Part shown: positions 34,301 through 48,129 of the stretch, piece by piece
Position numbering within the stretch: position 1 is the stretch's first letter
Layout of the letters: each line of letters starts with the position of its first letter
Assembly (NCBI GenBank): GCA_030704615.1
Contig: CM060732.1
Coordinates: 82,274,001 to 82,338,000, forward strand
DNA from: Takakia lepidozioides
Taxonomy: Eukaryota > Plantae > Bryophyta
Reading direction: 5' to 3'
DNA: 64,000 bases
The notes under the pieces: model-generated
The model's input: the letters and a program-made list of their open reading frames with translations, nothing else
The model's database searches: none
Told to the model about the DNA's origin: nothing
Translations under genes and position numbers: made by a program

Positions 34301-36475
34301 GTAGTTCCTTAGCCCACCTTCCCCCTTGAAACCATCTGGTAACCATTTGATCGGCGGGGTAAAAAAGGAAGCGACAGATGAACCTGAACTCTTCTTGCTG
34401 TACCCTTTTCCAATTGAACCCAGTTTTGGAACTAGAGAGAGAAACCAAGAGAGAAACCCACATGGGGCCCTGAGGTTTTGCAGGACAGGTAGAACAAAGA
34501 GGGAGAGAAGTAATAGGGAGGGGGGAGATTGTTAATGGAGGACTGACAAAATTCTGCTGGACATGGCAGTATGAAGCAAGATGACTTGGGTTTGTGTGGT
34601 GTACACAACTAGACTTGTTCAGATGCTTTTGCAAGTTTTCTCCCTGAGTATCATAGCCTCATAACATTCTGGTGCGATGTGGGTGGCTCTATGTGACCAT
34701 AGCACGCCAACAAGGACATCAATGTGCAAGTTAGGGAGGAGGCCGATTATTATGGAGATATAATCATTGTGCCCTTCCTTGACCGGTACAATCTGGTGGT
34801 GCTGAAGACTGTTGCAATCTGCGAGTTTGGGGTATGTCCATATTCTCCTGCACCTTCTCCATGTTTTAAAGCTACACCTGCCCTTCAGTTGCATCAGATT
34901 ATGCACTTTCGCACAGCAAAACAGTCTGGATTAAGTAACTCTTCTCATCTCATCTAACGTCTGCAGCTCCAATCTCCTGGCCACTTGTAGAGGACCATTC
35001 CACAGTACCACAAATTTAAGGAAATCAATTGTTTTTTCGCATCACATGAGAGGTGTGTCAAGAGGCACCAGTGGGTCACAGATGATTACTTCAATGATTT
35101 ATATCTACCTTCTGTCATAACAAATAAACATCCGTACTTGACAGGTTTTCAGATTCGGTTTGCTGCATAGTCTTTCAGACATCTAGGAACTTCCCTCAAA
35201 TTCTTGATTAAGTGGCACATTTTTGGAAACTTCCCAAGCTGAAATGCACATGAGATATGCGGTCAATGTTTACGAATTTACTGTAATGACTCTTGCAACA
35301 GGTGAAGAACGTGACAGCAAAGTACATAATGAAATGTGACGATGACACATTTGTGAGAATCAATGCGGTGCTTGAAGAGGTGAAGGCAACCTCTTTGCAA
35401 AAAGGTCTCTATATGGGCAAGATGAACGAATTCCACAAGCCCCTGCGCACAGGAAAGTGGGCGGTAACTTTCCGGGTATCATTCTTTCCCTTCACATTTC
35501 CACTCAAGCATGTCTGAGTCACAGAGATAGAGAGGTTTGGAGTACATAGAAGATTTCCCTGCAAATTACAGCTGTATACAAGGAACAAGATAAACAAGAC
35601 AGTTGACGTTGGAATTGGCAGCTCAGTGGGGGTTCTGTCATGGGTGACGTTTTTTTGTGCCTCAAAGAGCTGAAGAGTGTGTGAGGTCCACCACCTGGCA
35701 CTTTTCCCCTCTGCACTTACTCAAACGATGATGCTGAGGACACCTACATAAAAGTTGGCATCGATTATCCACTGGCTGACAAGTCTTTGAGTAGTAATGC
35801 TTTCCTCCTTCCGTTTCATCTGGGACACGAGTTTTTTTGGTTTGAGATGTCTGGCCTGATCAGACATTGTAACAGCTCTTTGGTGCACTGTGGAAGATGT
35901 TGCTGGGCAATCATTTGCAGACTGGCAGAAGCTATAAGGTCTAGCACCAAATTTTAACAACCACCTGAATAAGTGGAGTTTTGTAGTCACAGTCTGATTC
36001 ACCATCCTCCTAAAACAGATATTGGTTGGTTGTGCTACAGGAATGGCCAGAGCGTATCTACCCAATATATGCCAATGGCGCTGGGTACATTCTTTCAGAG
36101 GATATCGCACGCTTCATCGTATTGCGGAACATCAATAGAACTCTGCAGGTAAAGCACACCCATAATTAATTGCTGAAATTTCTTCACTGATTGTCCTTGG
36201 GCCCTTTTGTCTCTCTCCCTCTCTCGCTGGATCTGATGGGTTGGGTTGATGGTGTCCAGTTGTTCAAGATGGAGGATGTGAGCGTTGGAATGTGGGTGAG
36301 CCAATTCATTCAGGGTACTCAAGTCCAAGTGCAATATGAAAGTAGCTCACGCTTCTGCCAGTATGGTTGTGTGGACAACTACTTGACAGCGCACTACCAG
36401 TCACCACGTCAGATGTTGTGCATGTGGGAAAAGCTCTCTGTGAATGGGGAAGGAAAATGTTGCAATTATAGATGA
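31398..36475 (+). CDS. Hydroxyproline O-galactosyltransferase (GT31 with galectin domain, GALT2/4/5/6-like), multi-exon; one apparent frameshift at ~34175
   Basis: [115 protein letters not shown]. Confidence 0.92.
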
Positions 36476-37527
36476 CAGCGATGGTAGCCAAATCTGTGAA
36501 ACGCGTTAGCAGTAGGTGAAGGAAGGGTTGTTGTCCCTCATATGAGAGACAGCAGACGCCTTTGACCACATCAAGGTAAACACTTGGATCCACTTTCAAG
36601 GAGCATGTCTGGGAGCCAACAGATAAGTGGCAAAGTACTGAGTAGGGAAAAGCCACTACAGACTGTAGTCCCCAATTTTAAACATCCAAGACAGGAACCC
36701 GATGAAAAATTATCTGATGTTTTGAGGGAACTAAACATAATAGGCCATTTTGCCTTGTTGAAACAAATTGGAATTGACCTGGCCCCAATACAGCTGACCT
36801 ACCCAGCTGCATTTCAACATGTCACACAACATCCTGATCATCACCAGAGATCAACCATGCAACTGCACTTTTCAGCGGTCTTGACTTTGGGTTAGTTCCT
36901 GCCATCTCTTCAGCTGTGTAAATTAAGAAAATAAGTACATGGTACAAGGCTTGGAGTGTAAGGGTACACCATACCCCTTCTAGTGTCAATGGTACAATCG
37001 CCTCTCTTTTTTTGAGAACCTTCATCTCTTACTTCCAGCTACATTCCATCTCTTTTGTGACTACCATGTGATGGCAGTGCAACAGCTATGACTTCTCAAA
37101 TCTGTGTTGAGGTAGAGAGCTACAGTGCAGAGGCTTTTGCTTGTATGATATTAGCAGGTCCAGCCACTAGTACATCGACAGTCGCTCCTATAACCAGATT
37201 GTTTCCGGCTGTGAATGAGAGCTGCAAAATTTGAAGCTGAGTAGTAAATTCTGGTGGCTTAGAACCCAATGACGTGCAGCTAAGAGGTCCACCCTGACTC
37301 GGGACTATTTCTTCTTCAAGGGCCCGTCATTGCCAATGTTATCAGTTAATGAGTATATCCCTCTCTCTATGTCTGTGCTGCATATCTCAATACTATGATC
37401 CCTGCACTGTTCCTGTGGGGAAAATTGTGGGGCAAAAAATCGCTACCAACACATCATAGTACTACAAATACATTCAATTATAACACACCTCTCCTGCCCC
37501 ACCTCAAACATATACATAACGCCTTCA

Positions 37528-39057
37528 TCAGCTACTACCACCGTAACTTTGAAAGAGGGGCCGAAGACTAGCAGCTTGCCTCAACCATAGCTGATACATG
37601 CTCATATGAAATGAGTCAAGCGGTTGAGGAGAGGCATGCCACTGAAAGTGCTCTCTCACCTGACATGCATTGTGGTGCAGCCATGCATATTTCTCAGCAG
37701 ATATCTCTTGCAGTATAAACTTCAAGAGGGGGATGTCCGTGTGACTCACAATAACCGCAAACTCGTTCCAGTTCAGCACATTCGCAAGAGGGAGATCATA
37801 ATGGTCAGATATGATGACTGGGACACACCCATAGTGGAGGGCATCGGCAATGCGGGCAGTGTTTACCTCATAGCCCTTGACATGTAAGCAGAATTTGGTG
37901 GTTTGGAAAACTTTCTCATAAGAGCCTTTGACGAAGCTGGAGTGGATATCTAGGTCGCGGTCATTGCCCCAGGCATTGATGAGGCGCTGGCGCACCTGTG
38001 AGTTTTGGGCCCTGCCTGCATAAAAGGCCAGCCTCGTCCTGCAAATAACCAGGATATCCTCTGCTGAGTCTTTCCGTTTTCAAAGAGGTGACACCAACGA
38101 CATCAGAGATTGAGAATGTTTGAGGAGGTCGATGTTTGAGGAGCATTTGAGGAATGTTTAAGGAATATTTGAAAATGAAATGTACCTGTTTTGAGGAGGG
38201 GTGATGGAGACTTGAGGCTGGCGTGGCCAGACCTGGGGCAAAGCAACATCCTTGTGTGGGACATAGTGTCGGTGGTAATTATTGGACGAGCACACGGCCT
38301 GGATGACGTTACTTCTCAGCAATGGTGAGGCTGAGACTACGTCTCTGCCCACAGAATGGCAGCACACAAAAAAGTGGTCAGTCCCCTGTGTTCTATTCCA
38401 GTACTCATACATTGCGCTCACATTGGCAACATACTGAGCCACAAACTCGGCTATGGCGGCCTGGGATCTCACCCGGCGGTCATTTCGCAGCACATTGACG
38501 GAGAATGGCAAGAAGAAAAGGTTTGCCTCCGCTGGATTTCTGGTCAAGAACCCACTGGCCAGCAGGTTGATTTTGAACATGTGCTCGCTGAAGTAGTTTC
38601 CAATCTTCCGGTCATACGGGTTAGGATGGGGCAAGAACACTTCCGCAAATTCACCACTACTTTCAAATGCTTCAGGGTACACGTAAACCTTGAACTTTTC
38701 AACCATCTCAGTGTAATCCAGATCAAAAATCTCCCTGTTGACGAATAGACCCGAGCCATGTCCGTTTCTCACTGTAGATCCATCACTGGAGGTAGTGTCT
38801 AGCCTCTTGCCTTCACCCACATATTCTCGTACACCACCTCCCCGCCCACTTGAGAGCAAAGGCGTCTTCACAACCTCCGAAGGCGTTTCCACCTCATAGG
38901 TGAGAAATACAGCAGGAGCATCAAATCTGGAAGTCACAATCTGCTCTCTAAGCAGCCCCATAATGGCAACACTAATCACTGCTAACAATCCCTTGCACCA
39001 CCACCCAAATCCGCTGAATCTCTTACTAGAACCACCTCCCCCAGCCATACCTGTCAT
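37528..39057 (-). CDS. Exostosin-family (GT47) glycosyltransferase, 2 exons (39057-38186; 38038-37528)
   Basis: N-terminal TM anchor; FKVYVY, YFSEHMF, ANLFFLPFSV, WNRTQGTDHFFVCCH, KFCLHVKGYEVNTARIADALHYGCVPVIISD. The splice restores QNRTRLAFYAG. Confidence 0.93.
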
Positions 39058-40155
39058 CGTCTCTCTCTCCCTCTCTCACCTCCACCAGCAGGCCACCTCC
39101 ACTAGACCTCGTCGCCATAGCTGCGAGACGACAAGAGGATTATATATTTTATTCTTGTGGATGAAATTAACATATTCTGTTTCCTTTATGGATGACATTC
39201 CTTCATCCAATTTCTTGCATTCATGGATGCACTAACAACCCTAACTACTCTCTCTCTCTCTCTCTCTCTCTGATCTCCAATCCTCTCTCTCTCAACACAC
39301 TACAAACAACAAAGAAAGTCTAAAGCCTATCATTTCTTGATGTGAGCACACATTGAGAGAGTGATTGCATTTGCAGGTGTTTGAAAATGGCTCTTTACTT
39401 CATGTTTCTGAATGAATCATGACCTGAATAATGCAAACCATCCCTAAGTTAGAGATTAAAGTGTATATTTCTTGAGCTTTGTTGTTTGGAATTCATATGC
39501 AAACCATCCACTTTGCTATTGCAATTGTGCTGTCAACATGTTCAACCCATCATTCTATCTTACCACATTGAGCTTTGATGAAAAAAATAATCATGGGTCA
39601 AATTTTAAAGGAGAGGGCGATATGAATTTTATGCTGACTCGTTATCTTTGCGGCGATCATGGTTATTGAACTCTATAATGTGCAGGCTCATGTGGTTAGA
39701 ACGGACGGCTAAGCAAGTGGTGTGAATATTGTACAAATAAGATAAAACTATCAAAGTGAGAACCTTGATCAGTTGACATAGGCTTTGCTTTCACATAAAA
39801 CAAATAGCTATGCAATATCACAATAAATTAGATAGTAAGTTGTATTCACACATTATAGTACCCTACCGTCCGGGTAGGCTCAGATTGTGTGATTAAAATA
39901 TTTATTTAGAAAACATATTGATCCATTTTGATAAAATAGTTCATAATTATAGTAAACATCACTTACCTTGTCTTGGGTTGTTGATATTAGTAAGATTTGG
40001 GTGGGATGCTATTAACAATGTTGGGTTTTTGCATTATAGTACTAATCATCAACTAAGTACAACAAGAAATGTGACCGGAAAATATGTCATGTACATAAAG
40101 GAGTTTTGTTTTTAATTGTCATATGTTCTCTAAATGGTTTATGTCTTTCTCTAGG

Positions 40156-43100
40156 ATGGGAGGACCACAAGGAAGTGAACCATGGCCTTCATTACTCAAA
40201 TATGCAAATGCTACCATAGTTCCCACCAAGCCTCCTCCAGCTTCTAAACCAAGCGTCAAAGTATGATTATTTGTAACTCAACACCACATATGTAGTGAGT
40301 GCATTTAGGTTAATACAAACATATGCCTTTAAAAGCTTTTTGCATATAAATTGTCTATTATTTGCTAAAATTATACACAGTAGATGTTGAACAAGTTCTA
40401 TTGTCAAAATCTTTTGAAAGAAAAAGAACACACTGATGAAGAAAACTGAGATTATTAAGAATTTACCTGTTGCCTCCGTGAACTATGGGAGGCTGGGAAA
40501 CAAAAAGGGGCCTAGGTACAATATGGTTTCTAATTATTTTGTTGCATTATTATATCTTTAGTATCTATATAGTTGATAGGATCAAATATCTTGATAATAT
40601 GTTGATAAGTATTAAATTAATTATAATAGAACTCAATTATTATAATTCTCGCTATAACGCAGGGCACGAAGACTCTACCACCAGTTGAACAAAAGCCGAG
40701 TGCAACACAAACGGAAGACATCCTTGACTCCATATTGCCACCAAGGTATTAATCTGTTTGCCATATTGTTAGATTCTGAGCTCCGCTCTAAATACGACTT
40801 CTCACAATGAATTGAATCAAAGATTTGTGTAGTTTTAATGTATTCAATATAACTCCAATGAGAACATTGAAATATGAATTTTCACATTCAAATTTATATT
40901 TTCAATGACATGAAAAAAAAAAATTGTGTGAAAGTGGATAATAGGCAATGGAACGAGGGCGATAATGTATGGATACAGCATGTTTCTAGCACCCCTGCTA
41001 TACGTCTTGATGTCATCAACCTTCAAGTAAGCATCACAATTGTTATACCTAGATTTTAATTTAATTTCTTACAACAAGGACCAGCTGTAGTAAATATGAG
41101 ATTTATCTTGCAGTCTCATATAGCTATTATGTAGGACAAGGTAGCGGGTTTTGACCCCCAACCCATAGGGGTGACACAATGTGCACTATCCAAATGAGCT
41201 ACCAGTCATTTTATTTTTCCCAAAGGAAACACCTGGGACCGACGGCTCACAAATCAGGCCCCTTAACCCTTAAGTTCCCAAGGGACCCGATTCGGGTCAC
41301 TTTGAATTTGCAGTTCGACCTAATTTTTGCAGATCTAATCTGATGGGTCCCACTCTTGAAGCTTTAATGACAAGGGATTTGTCTCGAGTATGATGCAAAA
41401 AACAAAATTAAGAAAAAACAAAAGCTACGACTTACAAAAAATATCTTAGATCTTTAAATTACGTTGACGTGGCAGGTAAACAAGCCCAAAACAGATTGCA
41501 CTCCAAAGGCCATTTTTGGCAGAAATTAGCAATTTTGGAAAAAACACTTCACCTTGTGGTGTGTGAGCATTACATACACAGATCCACCGTTAGCTTTTAA
41601 AAAATTTGTAGAAAAAAAAGTACTTCATTTGGAGGCACATTTTCTCTTGTCAATTTTGAGATTTCAACCCCCATGTAATTGCATGAATAGCAAGCATAAG
41701 TGAAAAAATCAGTTGGACTTGCAATTTAGTGGGGTCATGGCCACTCCACTATTGATTTGGAAATGGTGGGTCTTGGGGCAAGCAAAATTGGATAAAGCTA
41801 GGTTTTGATTTGGTCAAACCAATTTCTTTCTAACTTTTTCTTTGGGACCTGATATTTGAGGTCTGGGCCAACACTATAATCTCACAATTTCCACGGTGGA
41901 CTTGGCTCATTTTTTGGCATGTCATGCATAAATGAGCTGGGCCCATTGCTATAAGGCTGGAATCTCTGGATGATTTTTGGTAGGTTTCTAGGGGAAATTT
42001 ACTGCAGCTGGGTACTCAAAATTGGTAAAAAGTCAAAAAAGGGCTTGGGAACTTAAGGGTTAATAGTGAGAGGAGAAAATAACCTCTTTCACAGTAACCT
42101 CGCCACGAAGGTGTGGAAATGGGACACCGTCCAGGGAAGGGGGAGAAGAGTATACCACACACGTCGAGTAGCAGGATTTGCTATTATTATCAAAATTGGT
42201 TATACATTATTTTATCACAATAATTGATGTTATTAAATATGTAATATATTTCATATACAATGAAATGTACAATATTATCACTGAAGTCTTTTGATAATCA
42301 TAATCACATATATATATATATATATATATGACATTCCCAGGAAAAATTGGATCAACAATTGCAACATCGACAAGCGCGAGAAACGGGCATTTGCCCTATT
42401 CGGGAAGAACTTTATGCTCAAGTAATTTCAAGTTGAATGAGTTATAATATGAAGTGTATCTCCTATTTCAATTACCATGTACTATAGGGAAAGGGCAACT
42501 GATGAGGCTCTTCCACCATTGAAGAATGTGTGAACGAGCCCCTCTTGTTCACCCGTTCAAAACCAGCAGGCTTGGCTGAGAACAGCTGCCCTTCAAAATC
42601 ATCATCTTACAAATTTGGTAAGGCTGTAGGTGTTTTACGCCCGGCGTAAGGTACGTCTCTTCTCAGGATGAAACTTTCCTTCTAAGACGGTAACGATTTT
42701 AACGGTATTTTCTAGACAGATTTGTACGCTACAATGACCTCATTGTAAGCCTCACAGCCACCTTGCGTGGTTATTTTTTTCTCGCCTTCTTAATACTTCG
42801 CCCCCTCTCCTTCAGCAGGTAGCCCAGTGGTTGGGGTGTTTGTGCCTTGCCTGTGCATAACCTAGGTGATCCTGGGTTCAATCCTTCAACATGTGCCTTC
42901 AGACCGTCCATTGGGCCCTCGATGGCCTATGTGTTGAGCAGTAGGCTCTGTAAATTCACTGGACGTTAAAGAACCTTTATCTTTATCTTATCTCCTATTT
43001 TAAATAAACGCAAACAAACAAAGTTAGTAGCCTAAACCGCAGCTATTGTAGTAAACAAAATACTTGTGGTTTGCAGTAGTTACAGAACTATAATATAATG

Positions 43101-44639
43101 GCTTTTATTCTGCTTCTTTGTTTCATATGAGACCATCAGATGTTGTACTATCGAAGTAAAATTATCTAGTGTGGTTAATAGCAAACAATTTGATCCCAAC
43201 TAGATGTAAGATCCACTAGTTTACCAACGCATGGCAAACGCATGTCAAGTGATATGCGTAAACCTTCCAAAATTTAGGAAGCATTATATACATGCTCTAT
43301 AAATAAACTTGCCTAGAATCAATTATGATGAATGAATAAAATAGCTGATATCATGGTTTATTTCTCACTCAATTGAATTATTAATAGAAAGTGAAACATA
43401 ATGATAATCCATTAGCTTCTTACAAAAAAACGTCTGGAAGAAAATTTGAAACTAGGATTTGATATTGGATGCAGTGTATGGATGAACTTATCAGACAAGT
43501 CACAGTAAATTGTGCAGAACGTGGTCTCCTTTTGCTTCGCGTACGAGATGAACTACGAATGGTAGGACTATAAACTTATCGTAATATAGTATAATTTGGT
43601 AAAATAATTGATAAAAGAAAATTAATAATTAACAGTAGTTAATATATCAAAGATTGAACTTTGTTTTCACCTGCAGATGTGAAGATATAGTGATCTATAT
43701 ACTATTAACTGTGTTGAGCAGACAATTGCTGCATATCAAACATTGTATGAAAGTAGTGTGGCATTTGGTTTGAGAAAAGCGTTACAAACAGAATATGGGA
43801 AGGCTCAAATGGAGTTGCGGGTTCAACAGGTGCTCAAACCAGTCATAGTTTATTATTATTATTATTATTAATTATTCATCATGAGAGTGTGATAAATTAT
43901 TCTATTTAATTCAATATCACACCATCTTCTAAATGGTTCAGATGAGAGTGTGTCTGAATTGTTTTTTGCTCATTTATATATGCTTCGGGAGGAGTTCACA
44001 AACTATTGTTCTTATTATTTAATTAAAAATAATTTATCAATAATTTAATTTCATAATTATCTAAGATATTAATTAATTGATTAATTAAATTTTTGTCGGG
44101 TGTATAATTACAGTTGGAGGCAGAACTAAAAGAGTTGGACCGACAAGTTAGTGAATGGAAAGTATGTACATAGTTTTCTTTTCTTCTCTTTTTAAACATA
44201 TTTTACATGTATTTTCCATTGGTAGCTCAAGATGATTATACTCAGATGTTGGGGTGGGATAGTCTTCATCGTCTAGAATGGATTGATAAGGCCACATTAG
44301 AGTTTATTTAATACACAAGCCCTAACTTTATCTGGGAATGTTTTAAAAACTCCTTAGACACCATAGTAAGGCTACTTCATTAATCTCATATCATCTTAGC
44401 AAATTTATTTAACAAATTATCTGTAATTATATTTTCAAATTGCTTAGTACACTTATGTTATGCTTTGAAATATTATGATGATATTCGTGCAGAACAAGTG
44501 TGAAGTCAATGAAAAACGAGAGGCGGAGCGCAAAATTTACGAAGACAAAAAGCATACTGAAGAAATTGCGTACTTTAGTCGGTCTAATAAGCAATTGAAG
44601 GCGCAACTTGAAGCTTTCTTAGCTCCAGCTAAGAAATAA
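40156..44639 (+). CDS. DNALI1: Axonemal inner-arm dynein light intermediate chain p28 (DNALI1/IDA4-like), 8 short exons; not in the ORF track
   Basis: Exons at ~40156-40260, 40663-40745, 40944-41026, 42341-42421, 43474-43561, 43722-43829, 44114-44161, 44493-44639 splice to MGG..SLLKY..QTEDILDSILPPRQW..WIQHVSSTPAIRLDVINLQEKLDQQLQHRQARETGICPIREELYAQCMDELIRQVTVNCAERGLLLLRVRDELRMTIAAYQTLYESSVAFGLRKALQ..NKQLKAQLEAFLAPAKK*. Confidence 0.95.
41137..41204 (-). repeat. tRNA-derived SINE-like head (degenerate)
   Basis: Minus strand has A-box-like TGGTAGCTCATTTGG and B-box-like GGGTCAAAACCC at tRNA-like spacing, but no intact cloverleaf. Confidence 0.35.
41267..42059. mobile_element. piggyBac-type non-autonomous element in p28 intron 3
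   Basis: TTAA|CCCTTAAGTTCCCAAG ... CTTGGGAACTTAAGGG|TTAA: perfect 16-bp TIR starting CCC, TTAA duplication, no ORF. Confidence 0.85.
42469..42988 (+). mobile_element. SINE-like retroposon in p28 intron 4
   Basis: 12-bp TSD TATCTCCTATTT (42457-42468 and 42989-43000). (CTTTAT)n tail. A-box TAGCCCAGTGG (42820) and B-box GGTTCAATCC (42875). Confidence 0.65.
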
Positions 44640-44945
44640 AGATGCAACAGTTATGTAAGAAACACAAGTAGCTTATTACTTCAACATACATTTTTATAGG
44701 TATGCATTTCAACACATGATATGACGAGAGACTTCATAAAATTATTGTAAGTTGACATGCTATAAAAATGTATTCCCCATGCGATTCGCCTCACAGCCCG
44801 TTAGAGGCTAATTTTTCATCGTTTACACTCTTCTTTTTTAAGGTGATTTCCAAAGCTTCATGAGTTTTCTGTTTTCCGGATTAAAAAAAAATAAGTTCGC
44901 ATATTGGAGATAAATGCGACGACATTCATTGACTCCTCCAAAATA

Positions 44946-47560
44946 TCACATGTGACGGCAAAGTTGTGCCCAGGATACCATAGCCCTTTTGGTGGGGTTT
45001 TGGGGGGAGGCACCCCACAAAAAGTTCCTCATCATTGCTTTCAGCTTTGTAATTAGCTTGGAACCCGGAGACCAAACCGAGGCTGGATACCACACTGATG
45101 CGAGTAGTATTTGATTTAGAACTAGAGCCCTGCCTGCAATACATAGCATAGCTGAGCTCCAAAAGGCCAGTTTGTTACGGAGCTTCTGTAAGACAGACTC
45201 AAATCTTTGCTCATCAGTGAGCCCTATCCCAATCTGAAAGCCCAAAAGTGTGTGCGCTGAACCTGGCTGGAGCCATTTAAGACCTACATCTTGTCCCCAA
45301 GGAGGGCCGTGTTGTCTGTAGGATGAAGCAGATAGCTCTGTGAGGAGGCCAACTGATTTGGTCCAATTTATTTTGAGCCCAGAAGCGGAGCAGAAAAATT
45401 GCAGGGCTTGACGAACCCTTTCAATGTTTGTTGGTGCCTCATTGTTCAAAAACAATGTGGTGTCATCAGTATACATTGAGTTCTTAATAGAGGATCCATC
45501 TTGCATTTTTAGGCCCAAAATATCCTGCCTTGAATTGAGGTAGTGGCCTAGGGCATCTGCTGCCATGAGAAAGAGGTAGGGAGACATTGGGCAACCTTGC
45601 CTTACGGACCTGAAAAGCGCAAAGGGCTTTGAAATCACTCCGTTTACCATGACTTTGCTAGAGGCTGAGGAAAGTAGGATATGGATCCATCTGTTGAAAG
45701 CTTCAAGCATTCCCATTCTGACCAAAACTTGATTTAGAAAACTCCAATCAATGTTATCAAAGGCCTTTTCAAAGTCAAGCATGAGTATGGCCATGGGCTG
45801 CTCAGAGCACTTGGCCTTATATATGACTTCATTGACTAATAGAATGTTATCTAGAATCATTCTCCCTTTTAGAAACCCGGATTGCTCTGGTCTGATAACC
45901 CGAGAGAGAATGGGCTGCAGCCTGAGGGCCAAAGCCTGACAATAATTTTATAAGCAGTGTTCAGAAGCGTTATAGGTCTATAATTAGATATCATGCTTCT
46001 ATCACCCTTTTTGAAAATCAAAGTGATGAGACCAATTGAGAGTTGTGAAGGCATGATGCCCTTCGAAAGTATATCTTTAGCCAACTCAACAAAGTCATTC
46101 ACTATGATATGCCAGAGGGCCGTAAAAAACTCAATTGGCATGCCGTCTAACCCTGGCATCTTTCCAGCTTTGAGGGAATGCAAGGCCTCCGCCAGGTCTG
46201 AGTCGGAGAGCGGGGAAGAGAGTTCATCTTTTTCTTTTTCAGAAAGGAGCGAGGGGACACATCACATAATTTCCTGAGAGGCAAACTTAGACTCTTCTGA
46301 GTGCTGCCTCTTAGAGAAGAGGGAGGCAAAGTGTTGCTCAACATAGGCAGCCATCGCTTTAGGGTTGGAGGAGATAGTGGACCCATGAGGGCTAGTGAGG
46401 GAGGAAATGGATGAAGCCATTTGCCTTTGTTTGGCCTTAGCAAAGAAATATTTAGTCATTTTTTCACCTTTTAGAGACCAGTTCACCCCTGCCTTTATAC
46501 GGATAGCGTTTTCCTTCTCATGTCTAAAATTCCAGAGATTGGATTTCGCTCTATTATAGTTCATCAGAGTACATGGTCCTTCATCTTTGTTCTCCAAAAG
46601 TTGTTGGCAAAGATGGAGGCATTTGAGCAAACTCTTCTCTTTTTGGGAGCACGCTAAAGCAAAGGCTTTGGATTGTTACTGCGATCTAATCCTGGTAGCC
46701 TCTAGCTTGGTAAGGAATCTAAGGGTGGCAGACTCAAAATGGTTCCAAGATGAAGACCATATCTGGGCCAGATCATTTACCATTGCCCTAGATTTAAGGA
46801 TAGATGGGTTAAGCTTGAAGTAACCTCTAACCTAGATCCAGGAACAGAAAAGAGAGCGCCAGTCTCTGCATGGTTGAAGTCAGGAAGTAGTGGGCCCATT
46901 GGAATAGGCTGGACCCAAGACACTATACCAGTAATGCAGTAAATTCGATCTAGTCTGGCCATAACCAGATCAGGCGGTGCTCTGCAATTTGTCCAAGAGA
47001 ATCGCAGCTGATTATCTCCAAGGATGGAGATGTCAATAAGACTGACAGAGAGATAGAGGGTCTCCCACGCATTATTCTCGTCGGGGGTGAGGCTGTAACT
47101 GCCAGGATTCAGCCTGTCCATAGTTTTTTCAGTCATATTAAAGTCTCCAGCCATTAGCCATTGGTCAATCTCTGGATGGCTTAAGATCTTGGAATGTAAA
47201 AGGTGCCAAAAAACAATCCCAGCATTGGGAGCATAAACATTTACGAGGCCTATTTTACAGAAGACAAAATTGCGCTCTGCCAATCATCCAATTTCCACTC
47301 CAGAGATATGGTTGGCCAGATTCGGGGACACCAGAATAGATGTGCCACCTCTAGAGTCAGCCACAGTTTTATTCCACCAAGAAAGATTGGCTGGCCACAA
47401 CATATTTCCCAAAGAGGTTATCTTAGAATCATTTAGCTCATGTTCCTGTAGGAAGATAATAGAATTTTCAAACATCACCGATGTAGCCCAACGTTTAATC
47501 TTGGATCTTTTAGGGGTAGAGGCTTCAGAACCTATGCCTCTAATATTCCAGGATCTGATG
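44946..47560 (-). pseudogene. L1-clade LINE ORF2 relic (APE + RT), frameshifted and 3'-truncated
   Basis: IRSWNIRG, FLQEH, VNVYAPN, AGDFN, ARLDRIY; PGLDG, NYRPITLLNTAYKI, QSGFLKGR, LDFEKAFD, VRQGCPMSPYLF, YTDD, spread over about 5 frames. Confidence 0.92.
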
Positions 47561-48129
47561 TTATATAACATTAACTTGGGGGAGAGGGCTCGAGAAAACT
47601 TCTCGAAATGATAGCCCTGATGTGGAAAAGAAGAAGACATGCCTACTGTCGTTGTGGAGGAGGGAGGAGAACCAACCAAATCTGGTGGAGGGGGGGGTGG
47701 TGTAGAGGAGAGGTAGATGACACCCACTGGTGTGTTACCTAGACCCTTTTTCTGTTGACCCTGAACCAAAGCAATAAACTGTGTCTTCTTTCTTGAAATA
47801 ACTGAACAGCCTTTAATGACATCCTTGAGCCCTAGCCAACAAGCAAAGTTGTGAAGGTATTTTTCTGATAGCAGTCTACTTCCAGGGGCATAGAAGAGAT
47901 GGGGGAGAATCATCCCTAGCGGATGCCAGCTAGCTAGAACCTGACATATGCCTGAGAAAGGGGATGGGCAGCAGATGAAAAAGGGGGGTATATTGAAATC
48001 AATATACCCGCACAACACTGGATTTTACATTTTATCCCCCCCCCCAATTCCTTCGTACAAGTAGCTGACCCATTTTCCAGGTGGAAATCTGGCAATTTTT
48101 GGCCAGATTAGAAAAACACTACCTGTTAG

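Noticed and set aside
41137-41204. Functional tRNA gene
   Set aside because: Only degenerate A/B boxes; acceptor and anticodon stems do not form.
42490-42595. Hammerhead ribozyme or C/D snoRNA (CTGATGA ... CTGA)
   Set aside because: No GAAA after the putative stem II, and the C/D terminal-stem geometry is wrong.
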